Source of the DNA: an uncultured bacterium
Lineage (GTDB): Bacteria; Omnitrophota; Gorgyraeia; Zapsychrales; Aceulaceae
Direction: 5' to 3'
Assembly: GCA_937930175.1 (NCBI GenBank)
Contig: CALGLP010000006.1
Coordinates: forward strand, 1,749 to 65,748
Length of the DNA: 64,000 nucleotides
How positions within the stretch are numbered: position 1 is the first letter of the stretch; every line of letters starts with the position of its first letter. Positions 46,205 through 55,558 of the stretch are shown piece after piece. The notes beneath the pieces were generated by a model, which saw only the letters and a program-made list of their open reading frames with translations, searched no databases and was not told the DNA's origin. The position numbers and the translations under genes were made by a program.

Positions 46205-48747
46205 GGGTTTTTCTCTAAGTCGTTTATAAATGTTTCCCAATCTATCTTAAAAGCAAACAATTGAGTCTGTTCCGTGAGATCGTGTTCATCGACAAAAGGC
46301 TCAATGTAGCGAAAGCTTTTTGCTCCCCAGAAATAAAGTTTTGCCATGATGGAGTCGGCAATGATCTCGTCCATGAGAATGCACGCGTAGCGATGATCCC
46401 TTGTTTGGAAAACAAAAACGCTGTAGGGAAGAGTGGCATTTAAAAACTCTTTTTTGATGGGTGCTGTTGCGGTCTCAACGAATAAATGCTGAGGAACTCC
46501 TGTACCAAATTTTGGTGAGGTAGCTGTGACACTTAGGTTTTTTAAGTCAACAGCGATTCCGTTTTGAAATGAGATCTTTTCATCTCCCTCGTTTATTTGA
46601 TTGAGGATCTCGCTATAGCGTAGGAGGCCTCCTTGTGTATCCCAAAGAAGGGAAATATAGTCTTTGGAGTTAAGCTTGCGGACTTGCTTAAGCAGGGAAG
46701 GATTGGCGTTGATGTCCTCGAGCTTTTTGATATTCCAACGGGCGGCAAAACCGATACCGATATTGGATTCGATCATGTCATTATAGAGAAATACATACGA
46801 AGGGGGAGGTTGTCCGTGGGTGAGATTAATAAGGGTATCCGCGTCTTGGCTGTTTAATGTTTTCATAAGAAATGCTTTGGCTTTGTTTTGAGGTAGGACG
46901 ACAATATATTCAATGATATCAACGACTTCGGAAAGCTTTTTACCTTTGTTAAGAAGAAATTCGCTTGCCTTATTCGCGCTGGTGTTAAGCATACGAAGGA
47001 TCCCTAAAGTCTTTTTCTCGCTTGGGCTGTAGAGGGCGCGTGCCATCCAGAACGCCTGTGGAACATTGATTGTGGCTCCGTCAAAGGTCACGCGTCGTTG
47101 GGCAATCGCCTTGATAAAATGACCCGGTGGCCACCAGGTATTGATGATGCTATCGTGCGGTGTTTTTTCTTGAAGGGTCACAAGGGCGCGTTCCCAGGCT
47201 TCGTTAAAGATCGGTCTGATGCGTGATGCCAAGTCGTCAGCTTTTAAGATCGGCGCGATTGCAAAAGAAACCACAATAAGCACGCAAAGCGTAGTTTTGA
47301 TTTCTGTAGACCACGGAGGGTAAGGATTAAATCTATTAATGGCGCTTTGAAGTCCGATAAAGATTTTTTCAAACCCATAAGCTGCCAAAAGGCTAAGCGG
47401 TACAACGAGCAACAAGACAAATCTTTGCGCCTGAAGCGCCAAGAGTAACGAGGAGAAAAAGAAAATAAAGACAAGGAGCATTTTATAACTTGTCTTCTTA
47501 GAAGGGTGGTGGAAAAGGTCAAGAAAAAAGCAGATGCTGCCCCCGATCGCGATTAAAAACCAGAAGGCATTTCCGGCTAAATCAAAGAGTTCTGACCAAG
47601 ATGTCCGGTTTAGTTCTCCGACGCTCATATAGATATCAGGCCAGAGACTCAAATTGGAGGAAAGAAAGAAATCGTTTAAGACCGACCATCCTTCTTGGAA
47701 GAGAAAGAAGAATTGGTTAAGTCCAAAGGCCGCCACGACACCAATAAAGATCGTTACAAACGTGATGCCAAAAAAAATAGCTACGTTGGAAGTCTTTTTT
47801 TCTTTTTTCAAGATAAAATATTCCACCCCTGTGACAAGAATTCCTGCGGCTAAAATAACACAGAAAAGATAAACCCAGCCTTGCCAAAAGAAGGCATAGC
47901 AGACGATGCTAAGTGCAGTTAACAAGGCAAAAAGTATTCGTTTTCTTTGATGGTGAGCGTTTTCAATGCCCAGGAAGGTCAGCCAAAGGATCAACAAAGG
48001 AAAGAAAATATTGTAAATGTCATTGTCGTACCATCCAAAAAAGCTTCGTCGCAAGAAAATAGGAGCCAGGATAAATAGTGAGCCTCCGATTAGGCAAGCC
48101 CAGGAATGGATGCCAAGGTGTTTTAATAATAAAAGAAATAAAAGAGCTGAAAGGATTGTTAAGAAAACAGGAAGGAAGCTTATGGCGAGCATTAGGGAGA
48201 TCTGCGGATTAAACATGCGCATCAATTGATAGGTCCAAAAACCGACAAAGGGATGAAGGTTGATCTTCTCCCAGTATCCTAAGGGTGCTAGCATGAGATC
48301 ATTAAAGTATTCCGCGCCTTTGCGTTTTTGCATGATTTGTTTGTTTTCTGCAAGTTGTTTGGTCATGCCATAAAAATAATAGGAATCAGAATCCGGAAGA
48401 TAGATCTCAGGTTCTTTTTTGTCTGGATTTTCAATGAGTTCGCGGCCGTAGATTTTTTGCGCGAGGGTAAAGATCGATTGCTGAATTTGCTTCCTCTTTT
48501 GTGAGGTGATTTCGCTAAATTTTTGGTCAGCTAAAAGACGTTTTTGATCGTCATTGAGGCCTGGATAAAGGCGGTTGACATTCTGCTCAATGTCTGTGCG
48601 TATTTGTGAAAAAACCATCAGGGTGGCTTTTTCTTCAGAGGCGGATGAGATGCGGTAGAGAAAAGGATAGAGCCTGAAGTAGGATCCAACGATGATAACG
48701 ATCGCGGCGATCAAAAGGTACTTTAGTGGTTCTTTAAGGTTGTTCAT
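46201..48747 (-). CDS. STT3/PglB/AglB-family oligosaccharyltransferase homologue (variant WWDYG motif)
   Basis: 848 aa. About 13 TM N-terminal domain with YLPDSDSYYFYG (acidic catalytic motif region). Large periplasmic C-terminal domain containing INTWWPPGHF in place of WWDYG. Confidence 0.6.
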   Translation of the reverse strand: MNNLKEPLKYLLIAAIVIIVGSYFRLYPFLYRISSASEEKATLMVFSQIRTDIEQNVNRLYPGLNDDQKRLLADQKFSEITSQKRKQIQQSIFTLAQKIYGRELIENPDKKEPEIYLPDSDSYYFYGMTKQLAENKQIMQKRKGAEYFNDLMLAPLGYWEKINLHPFVGFWTYQLMRMFNPQISLMLAISFLPVFLTILSALLFLLLLKHLGIHSWACLIGGSLFILAPIFLRRSFFGWYDNDIYNIFFPLLILWLTFLGIENAHHQRKRILFALLTALSIVCYAFFWQGWVYLFCVILAAGILVTGVEYFILKKEKKTSNVAIFFGITFVTIFIGVVAAFGLNQFFFLFQEGWSVLNDFFLSSNLSLWPDIYMSVGELNRTSWSELFDLAGNAFWFLIAIGGSICFFLDLFHHPSKKTSYKMLLVFIFFFSSLLLALQAQRFVLLLVVPLSLLAAYGFEKIFIGLQSAINRFNPYPPWSTEIKTTLCVLIVVSFAIAPILKADDLASRIRPIFNEAWERALVTLQEKTPHDSIINTWWPPGHFIKAIAQRRVTFDGATINVPQAFWMARALYSPSEKKTLGILRMLNTSANKASEFLLNKGKKLSEVVDIIEYIVVLPQNKAKAFLMKTLNSQDADTLINLTHGQPPPSYVFLYNDMIESNIGIGFAARWNIKKLEDINANPSLLKQVRKLNSKDYISLLWDTQGGLLRYSEILNQINEGDEKISFQNGIAVDLKNLSVTATSPKFGTGVPQHLFVETATAPIKKEFLNATLPYSVFVFQTRDHRYACILMDEIIADSIMAKLYFWGAKSFRYIEPFVDEHDLTEQTQLFAFKIDWETFINDLEKNP

Positions 48748-49504
48748 TTCTTTGTTTTACTTCCTCTAAAAAAGTTAAATAGGTTTGGATAATTTTGTCT
48801 GAGGGGATCGCAAAGCAGAGCCTATCTTGATCGCCTTGTTTGGCCACCATGAGTCCGATCATCTGTCCCTTGGTGTTAAACAAAGGTCCTCCGCTATCAC
48901 CTTGGTAAATATTGATATTGAGTTGAAGAAAATCTGGAGGACTGTTGGTATAAGGATTGCCATGCTTGGCCACGCCAGTGACTCTCCCGCCGGATAACGT
49001 TTGTTTTAAAAAGGGTGAATTGCCAACAGTGACAACCTCATCATCAATGTTGACATTAGCAGAATCGATCATCTCGACGCGACTTAAGGGATAGGGAGGG
49101 GTAATTTTAAGAAAGGCAAGGTCTCGCTCAGGAAAAACTTTTAAGATTTGGGCTATGGTGACTGCGCCGTCCATGAGGCGGATCTCAACCCGGGCGCCCT
49201 CGTTGACAGTGTGGGCGTTGGTCACAATAATGCCCGCGGGATCAATAATAACACCAGAGCCTTCGCGGGTATATTCCGCAGCCTTGACGCTGTCAACTTG
49301 AATCAGTTGGCCTGTTTGTTTATCAATAAAAGCTCCGCCAGGTACCTTAAACATCATGGCATTCTTGGCTGTTATTTCCACGATGCAGGGCAAAACATAT
49401 TGCATGCGCTCGATGATCGAGTCTTGCGCCAAGGCGCTAGAGATACCCGTATAGAGGACAAAAAGGAAAAGGCTAAGGAATTTTAAGGCATTCATTTTAT
49501 GCAA
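48734..49504 (-). CDS. Secreted trypsin-like serine protease (S1 family, no PDZ domain)
   Basis: Signal peptide. His (TNAHTV), Asp and GDSGGPLFN Ser motifs. Overlaps the start of the downstream OST-like gene. Confidence 0.8.
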   Translation of the reverse strand: MHKMNALKFLSLFLFVLYTGISSALAQDSIIERMQYVLPCIVEITAKNAMMFKVPGGAFIDKQTGQLIQVDSVKAAEYTREGSGVIIDPAGIIVTNAHTVNEGARVEIRLMDGAVTIAQILKVFPERDLAFLKITPPYPLSRVEMIDSANVNIDDEVVTVGNSPFLKQTLSGGRVTGVAKHGNPYTNSPPDFLQLNINIYQGDSGGPLFNTKGQMIGLMVAKQGDQDRLCFAIPSDKIIQTYLTFLEEVKQRNEQP

Positions 49505-49947
49505 AGATATTCTTTGGGTTGATGAAAGGTGATCATGAATTATTTACCATTCTACCTATCAAGGATAAGAAATTCAAGATAAAGTTGGGGAGTTGTCTGA
49601 TCGAGGCCAGGAGAATGGAAAGGTGGAAAATGTTATTGCTAGTTTCTTTGCTAACTTGTACAAACTTTATGAAACAAAGGGAGTTCTTTAGCAATATAAC
49701 AACTTCAAGGATGTGGAGTTACATCTATTTTGTATTGACAGGAGTGATCTTGTTTTGTACTATATGTTCATTGTCTGAACGCTTTATACGCTGATGGAGC
49801 CCAACGACTAAAGTTATCCGTCCTTCTAGCAAAAGGGCGAACATTTGCCGAAGCGGCAATATTGATACTATTTTCGTATTCCGCAACGGGTAAACCCGTG
49901 GTATTCTGCGTAGGCGGACGAATTGAACGCTTCAAGAAAGTAGCCCT

Positions 49948-50496
49948 ATGCTTGATGAAAGAGAGTTCGAGCTCGTGAACATCGTTGGCGCAGAAATTGT
50001 CTCCAGTCAGCGTGATCTATCCCGCAATATGAACCTTTCCTTGGGTCAGACAAACATGCTTTTGCGTCGGCTTATCACCAAGGGCTATATTCGCATCAGC
50101 AAGCTCGATAAGCGTAGAGTAAAATACCTTCTCACTCCTCAAGGTATTGCTGAAAAAATGGACAAATCCATCAAATATACCTTAAGAACGATTAATTCCA
50201 TTGGTCTTATTAAAGAGCGGTTTAAAGATATTTTGAAAGAGATTTACGCCAAGGGTGAGCGAAAATTTTTTATTCTCGGTGAATCTGATTTAGCGTCCTT
50301 GGTTGAGATGGCTGCGCACGAGCTTTCCTTTATGGATTGTTCGTTTACGCGTATTCAAGACGTTTCCGCTGACTCTGCGACTGGGACGGTTCTTGTCTGC
50401 CAAGAGGATGTTTTTGACAAAGTCGTGGCTAACAATAAGATCGATTTGATTCATGAGTTGGCCAAGGATTCGGCGTTGCTAAAGGGAAAAGGATGA
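49948..50496 (+). CDS. Winged-helix (MarR-like) transcriptional regulator
   Basis: N-terminal wHTH (SQRDLSRNMNLSLGQTNMLLRRLITKGYI). 182 aa. Confidence 0.5.
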   Translation: MLDEREFELVNIVGAEIVSSQRDLSRNMNLSLGQTNMLLRRLITKGYIRISKLDKRRVKYLLTPQGIAEKMDKSIKYTLRTINSIGLIKERFKDILKEIYAKGERKFFILGESDLASLVEMAAHELSFMDCSFTRIQDVSADSATGTVLVCQEDVFDKVVANNKIDLIHELAKDSALLKGKG

Positions 50497-50954
50497 AAAT
50501 TAAAATCGATTTTGAATATAAGTCATTTGTGGACGACATCAAAAAATGCGTCCGTGCTTCACAATACGAAGCGTTGAAGGCGGTTAACAAGGAGCTTATT
50601 TCTCTTTATTGGGACATTGGACGGCAGATTGCCGATAAGCAGAAAAAGCTTGGTTGGGGCAAGGCAGTGGTTGAGAATCTGGCGAGTGATTTGCAGAAAG
50701 AGTTTCCAGGGATCAAAGGGTTTTCGACTCAAAATTTGTGGTATATGCGGCAGTTTTATAGCGAATATCAAGGGAGCCTAATTCTCCAACCAATGGTTGG
50801 AGAAATCAGTTGGGCAAAACATTTAGTTATTATGAGCCAATGCAAGAAAGTTGAGGAGCGTGCTTTTTACATCAATATGACTAAAAAGTTTGGCTGGACC
50901 AAGGATGTCCTCGTCCATCAGATTGAGAATCAGTCAGTGGAATTTGCGATTTAA
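50493..50954 (+). CDS. YhcG/DUF1016 N-terminal-domain-only protein (truncated paralogue)
   Basis: LISLYWDIGRQIADKQKKLGWGKAVVENLASDLQKEFPGIKGFSTQNLWYMRQFY matches the N-domain of the following full-length gene. No PDDEXK nuclease part. Confidence 0.6.
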   Translation: MKIKIDFEYKSFVDDIKKCVRASQYEALKAVNKELISLYWDIGRQIADKQKKLGWGKAVVENLASDLQKEFPGIKGFSTQNLWYMRQFYSEYQGSLILQPMVGEISWAKHLVIMSQCKKVEERAFYINMTKKFGWTKDVLVHQIENQSVEFAI

Positions 50955-50990
50955 ATCAGGAATCTATCACTTGACAGCAAGGGGATAAGC

Positions 50991-52013
50991 GTGAGTAAGG
51001 TTATTGATCAGTCTTTTAAGGAAGTTGTAAGTCTTATTCGCGGTGCACGGCAAAGGGCTTATAAAACGGTTAATACCGTTTTGATAGATCTATATTGGCA
51101 AATTGGTGAGTATGTTTCGCGAAAGGTTGATGCGCAGGAATGGGGCCGTGCTGTTGTTCAACAGTTGGCCGAGCATTTAGCACAGGCAGAACAGGATTTA
51201 AAGGGATTTTCTGCTTCGAATATATGGCGTATGAAGCAATTTTTTGAGATGTATAAGGACGCCCAGAAACTCGCAACACTGTTGCGAGAATTATCTTGGT
51301 CAGCGCATCTGCATATTATGTCCAAGTGCAAATCTTTAGAGGAGCGAGAGTTCTATATGCAGGTTGCCGTTAAGGAACGCTGGTCTGTCCGGGATTTGTC
51401 TAGAAATATTGATAGTTGTTTTTACGAAAGGATGCGGCTTTCTCCAGCAAAGCTCTCTACAGCGTTACAAGAACTGCATCCTGCTGCGGGACAGGCGTTC
51501 AAAGATGCATATGTTTTCGATTTTTTAAATTTACCTGAGAAGCATTCAGAGAAAGAACTTCAAAAGGGGCTCATCGCTGATCTCAAGAAGTTCCTTGTGG
51601 AGCTCGGATCTGATTTTTGTTTTGTTGGTGAGGAGTATCGTTTGCAGGTGGGTGTGCAGGATTTTTTTGTGGATCTTTTGTTCTTTCATCGGGGGCTATC
51701 GTGCCTGGTTGCTTTTGAATTGAAAGTTGATCTTTTCAAGCCAGATTATTTGGGCCAGCTTTCTTTTTATCTGGAAGCGTTGGATCGAGATGTGCGTAAG
51801 CCGTATGAAAAACCAAGTGTTGGGATACTTCTATGTAAGTCTAAAGACAGCGAAGTGGTTGAGTATGCTTTAAGTCGCACGCTTTCGCCTGCATTGATCG
51901 CGGAATATCACACAAAACTTCCTAATAAGATATTACTGCAGAAGAAGATGGAAGAGTTTTATGCATTGGAGTCAGAGCGAACGATTGCAAATGATGCAAT
52001 AGCAGGATCTTGA
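50991..52013 (+). CDS. YhcG-family PDDEXK nuclease-like protein (DUF1016)
   Basis: N-domain (LIDLYWQIGEYVS...FSASNIWRMKQFF) plus C-terminal PDDEXK-like core (D...ELK: LVAFELKVD). Confidence 0.7.
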   Translation: MSKVIDQSFKEVVSLIRGARQRAYKTVNTVLIDLYWQIGEYVSRKVDAQEWGRAVVQQLAEHLAQAEQDLKGFSASNIWRMKQFFEMYKDAQKLATLLRELSWSAHLHIMSKCKSLEEREFYMQVAVKERWSVRDLSRNIDSCFYERMRLSPAKLSTALQELHPAAGQAFKDAYVFDFLNLPEKHSEKELQKGLIADLKKFLVELGSDFCFVGEEYRLQVGVQDFFVDLLFFHRGLSCLVAFELKVDLFKPDYLGQLSFYLEALDRDVRKPYEKPSVGILLCKSKDSEVVEYALSRTLSPALIAEYHTKLPNKILLQKKMEEFYALESERTIANDAIAGS

Positions 52014-52208
52014 AGGGCGCTAATGGGGCGAAAGGGAAAACGGATTAGCTCATGGATGATAGCTTATAGCGTAAGACGTGGGACGTGAGGACGTAAGGCG
52101 TGAGGACGTGGGATGTGGGACGCTGTGAATGAAGGATGAAGGTAAAGGTCTGAGGCTGGAAAGTCCAAAGTCCGAGGTCCGAAGTTGAAAGTTTAGGAAA
52201 TAAAAGAA

Positions 52209-52583
52209 ATGAAAATAGAAAAATTTGAGGATATTGGAGCCTGGCAGCAAGCAAGAGATCTAGTAAATTTAGTTTATGAATCTGTCCAAGGAAATTTATT
52301 TTCTAAAGACTTTGGTTTAAAAGACCAGATCCAAAGAGCTTCGGTTTCTATCATGGCCAATATTGCTGAAGGCTTTGATTCAAGCTCAGATGTTGATTTT
52401 ATAAAATTTTTAATTTATTCAAGGCGTTCTGCAACCGAGGTTCAGTCTCATTTGTATGTTGCTTTAGACCGAAAATATGTGACGCAGAAAGAATTTCAAG
52501 AATTATATAAAAGATCTAACGAGGTAAAAGCGCTCATTGGTGGATTTATTAAATACTTAAGAAAGCCAAGACCACGGACGTAG
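52209..52583 (+). CDS. Four-helix-bundle protein (23S rRNA IVS protein family)
   Basis: QRASVSIMANIAEGFDS...SRRSATEVQSHL. 124 aa. Confidence 0.8.
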   Translation: MKIEKFEDIGAWQQARDLVNLVYESVQGNLFSKDFGLKDQIQRASVSIMANIAEGFDSSSDVDFIKFLIYSRRSATEVQSHLYVALDRKYVTQKEFQELYKRSNEVKALIGGFIKYLRKPRPRT

Positions 52584-52745
52584 GGCCTTGGATATCGGAC
52601 CTTGGATTTCTGGCTTTCGACTTTGGACCCTGGACTTTCGTTTTTCGACTCTGGACTTCGGACTTTTTGTTTTTAGATTTTGGACTTTTGTTTTTCGACT
52701 TTGGACTCTGGACCTTGGACTTTTAACCTTACAATCGACTAAGTT
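52584..52745. repeat. Degenerate tandem repeat array (~28-30 bp units: cgactttggaccctggactttcgttttt ...), not CRISPR
   Basis: About 5 imperfect units read directly. No unique spacers. Confidence 0.6.
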
Positions 52746-53117
52746 ATGAACGAATATCAAAAAGAATATCTTGTTTCGGTAGGCGAGCGGCCTTGGGGCA
52801 GCTATAAGGTGCTTTTAAACGGCGATGATCACAAGGTCAAAGAGATTACGGTCTTGCCTGGTCAGCGATTAAGCCTTCAAAGGCATCAAAAGCGAGAAGA
52901 GCACTGGTTTATTCATCATGGTCAGGCCAAGGTGACGATTAACGGTGTCGCGCATTTGCTTGCTGTTGGCCAGTACATTGATATCCCTCGGGGTTGCGAG
53001 CATCGTATCGAAAATGTCAGCAAGGAAGACCTTGTTTTTATCGAGATTCAAACCGGGGATTATTTTGGTGAAGATGATATTGAGCGCTTGGATGATGATT
53101 ATGCAAGGAAAAAGTGA
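52746..53117 (+). CDS. Cupin-domain protein (type II phosphomannose isomerase / ManC C-terminal-like)
   Basis: WGSYKVL...EITVLPGQRLSLQRHQKREEHWFIHHGQAKVTING...IPRGCEHRIEN cupin motifs. 123 aa. Confidence 0.65.
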   Translation: MNEYQKEYLVSVGERPWGSYKVLLNGDDHKVKEITVLPGQRLSLQRHQKREEHWFIHHGQAKVTINGVAHLLAVGQYIDIPRGCEHRIENVSKEDLVFIEIQTGDYFGEDDIERLDDDYARKK

Positions 53118-53640
53118 AAGGTGATCGGCGCATAGTTGACGGGTTAATAAGGTTAAAGGTTGAAGGGTGAAGGATTAAGTGCAAGAAAAGAGCCAAAATA
53201 AAGATTTAGAACAAAGGACCTTTAATTTTTCAGTTGAAGTTGTTAAATTCCTGAAGGAAATCAGGTTTTCTAAAGTTCACGATGTCATAATATATCAACT
53301 AGCAAAGTCCGCAACATCTATAGGCGCTAACTATTAGGAGAGTCAGGGAGCTTATAGCAAGGAAGATTTTAAATTCAAGGTATCGATTTGTTTGCGTGAG
53401 GCAAAAGAGACTCATTATTGGCTAAGGATTATAAAAGAGACCGGTATCGCAAAAGGTGAAAAGTTAGAAAAATTAATTCAAGAATCAAGTGAGTTTAACA
53501 AAATATTTACAAGCATTTTAAAAAAAATCCATTACCGTAAAGATGTTTAATGTTATTTTTTCAACCTTCAAACTTTAACCTTGACCCTTTAACCTTTTAA
53601 AATTCTAAGAACTAAGAGTTAAGAGTTATCAACTAACAAA
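53118..53640 (+). mobile_element. IR-flanked four-helix-bundle cassette 4 (gene inactivated)
   Basis: ggttaaaggttgaagggtgaagg upstream vs ccttcaaactttaaccttgaccctttaacc downstream are inverted copies. Confidence 0.45.
53179..53550 (+). pseudogene. Four-helix-bundle protein gene with in-frame amber stop (TAG at 53335-53337)
   Basis: GTG start after AAGGA. Translation ...LAKSATSIGANY*ESQGAYSKEDFKFKVSICLREAKETHYWLRII matches the family across the stop. Confidence 0.55.
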
Positions 53641-53653
53641 CAAGGAGTCTAAT

Positions 53654-54493
53654 ATGATTGATAATCAAAATATGTATGATGACGAAATTGACCTAAGAGA
53701 ATATATTAACGTTGTCATTAAGTGGAAAAAGCTTATTATAGGCATATTCCTCGCATCTGTGATTGGCGCAGCTATTTATAGCTACAAGATGCCAAAGATT
53801 TATGAAATTAATTCTACGCTTGCGCTTGGCAGCGTTAACGGGCCTTTGATTGGTAATGAAGAAGCCAAGCAAATTCTTCTTAATCAGAACAGTCTTTTAT
53901 CGATCATTAAAGAACTCGGTCTCAAAGGCGAGCCTGCAAGCCTTAAGAAATTGATCAAGATTGAAGATGTTAAAGACACAAATTTGCTTAAAATCAGGAT
54001 AACGTCATCAGACCTCGAAAAAGCCCTCAAGATCAACGATGCTATTGTTAAACCATTTATTGCTCAGGGGCAAAAGCTTTACCTTCAACGCCTGTCCATG
54101 TTTAATGTGAGATTAAATGAACTTGAATTAGAAATTAAGAATGCCGAAGGCGATATTGCTCGCACGCAAACCCTGATCTCCGGACTTCCTGCGTCAACGG
54201 GCATTTCTCAGTCCGATGTATCGCTAAGGATCATTCTTTTGCAAAATACTCTTCCAAATTATGAAAGCAATCTTACGGCGCTGAGGAATCAAAGAAGCGA
54301 CTTAAGGCTTTTGCTTGAAAGTGCGAAGGATTTCAAGGTTTTTGAGTCGCCGATTGTTCCAAAGCATCCTGTAGGACCAAACAAAAAGAAAATCGTGGCG
54401 CTGGCTGGAATCTTGAGTCTCATGGCCGGTGTCTTTCTGGCGTTTTGTATGGAATTTTGGCAGAAAAGTAAAATTGGAGAAGTTAAGAAATGA
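53654..54493 (+). CDS. Wzz/polysaccharide co-polymerase (chain-length determinant) family protein
   Basis: N-terminal TM. Periplasmic coiled-coil region. C-terminal TM ([22 protein letters not shown]). 279 aa. Confidence 0.7.
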   Translation: MIDNQNMYDDEIDLREYINVVIKWKKLIIGIFLASVIGAAIYSYKMPKIYEINSTLALGSVNGPLIGNEEAKQILLNQNSLLSIIKELGLKGEPASLKKLIKIEDVKDTNLLKIRITSSDLEKALKINDAIVKPFIAQGQKLYLQRLSMFNVRLNELELEIKNAEGDIARTQTLISGLPASTGISQSDVSLRIILLQNTLPNYESNLTALRNQRSDLRLLLESAKDFKVFESPIVPKHPVGPNKKKIVALAGILSLMAGVFLAFCMEFWQKSKIGEVKK

Positions 54494-55557
54494 AAAAAGC
54501 GCTTATCACAGGCATTACCGGGCAAGACGGCTCCTATTTGGCAGAATTCTTGCTCTCGAAGGGATATGAGGTCCATGGACTGAGGCGTCGTGTTAGTACT
54601 TTTAATACTCATAGGATAGACCATATATATGTAGATCCTCACAGTCCTAATGCAAAAATGTTTCTCCACTTTGGCGACCTAAACGATGCTAGTCAGCTTA
54701 CGCATATGATTTATAATATTCAACCCGATGAAATTTACCATCTTGCTGCGCAGAGCCATGTCAGGACGAGTTTTGAAATTCCCGAGTACACGAGCGACAT
54801 CACCGGGCTTGGCACGGTGCGCCTTTTAGAGGCGGTGAGAAGAAGCGGAATACGAACGCGTTTTTATCAAGCATCATCGAGCGAAATGTTTGGAGCTTCG
54901 CCTCCACCTCAAAATGAGCAAACTCCATTTTATCCAAGAAGCCCTTATGGTGCAGCCAAAGTTTATTCCTATTGGATGATTGTTAATTACCGAGAAAGCT
55001 ATAATATGTTTGCTTGCAACGGGATACTATTTAACCATGAAAGCCCTAGGCGCGGTGAGACGTTCGTCACTCGTAAGGTCACGAGGGCGATTGCGCATAT
55101 TCTTGCTGGGAAGCAAGATAAGCTGTATCTAGGTAATTTAAAGGCTAAGAGAGATTGGGGTTTTGCTCCCGAGTTTGTTGAATGCCAATAGAAAATCCTT
55201 CAGCAGGACAGACCCGATGATTATGTCATAGGGACTGGTGAAAGTCATTTTGTTGAGGAGTTTGTGGTTGAGGCCTTCGGATATTGCGGGTTAGAGTACA
55301 AAAAATATGTTGAAATTGATCCTGTGTATTATCGCCCATCTGAAGTTGACTATCTTTTAGCCGATATTTCTAAGGCTAAGAGGGTTCTTAGCTGGTCACC
55401 ACGAATTACGTTTAAAGAGCTTGTCAAGATTATGGTGGATTCTGATACAAGGTTGGTTGGGTTAAAGCCAAAGGGTGAAGGCGATGCTATTTTAAGGGCG
55501 AAAGGCATTGCTTGGACTAAAAATATTATTCAATATCAAGTCCCTTCTAAGGAATAA
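54490..55557 (+). pseudogene. gmd: GDP-mannose 4,6-dehydratase gene interrupted by an in-frame TAG at 55189-55191
   Basis: N-part ([17 protein letters not shown]...) and C-part (PDDYVIGTGESHFVEEFV...) are in the same frame. Only one stop, at the position where GMDs have the Trp of the EAMW motif. Confidence 0.7.
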
Positions 55558-55558
55558 A

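Larger units (their letters stand above)
52040..52745 (+). mobile_element. IR-flanked four-helix-bundle gene cassette 3 with extensive G/T-rich tandem repeats in both flanks
   Basis: Upstream ...aagtccaaagtccgaggtccgaagttgaaag is the reverse complement of the downstream cgactttggac(c/t)ctggacttt units. Confidence 0.45.

Noticed and set aside
49519-49794. 91-aa ORF between the S1 protease and the MarR-like gene
   Set aside because: Hydrophobic low-complexity translation with no homologous pattern. It is likely a non-coding promoter region for the divergent genes.
52584-52745. Possible CRISPR array (short repeats with regular spacing)
   Set aside because: The units are degenerate copies of one another with no unique spacers. 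They are inverted copies of the upstream flank. No cas genes are present.
21241-55191. Stop-codon reassignment or programmed read-through as an explanation for the three in-frame stops (TAA in brnT, TAG in the four-helix-bundle gene and in gmd)
   Set aside because: TAA, TAG and TGA each terminate multiple well-supported genes in this window (for example rpmF and fabD end in TAG, fabH in TAA, recG in TGA). No pyl or sel machinery is evident. Pseudogenes or sequencing errors are more parsimonious.
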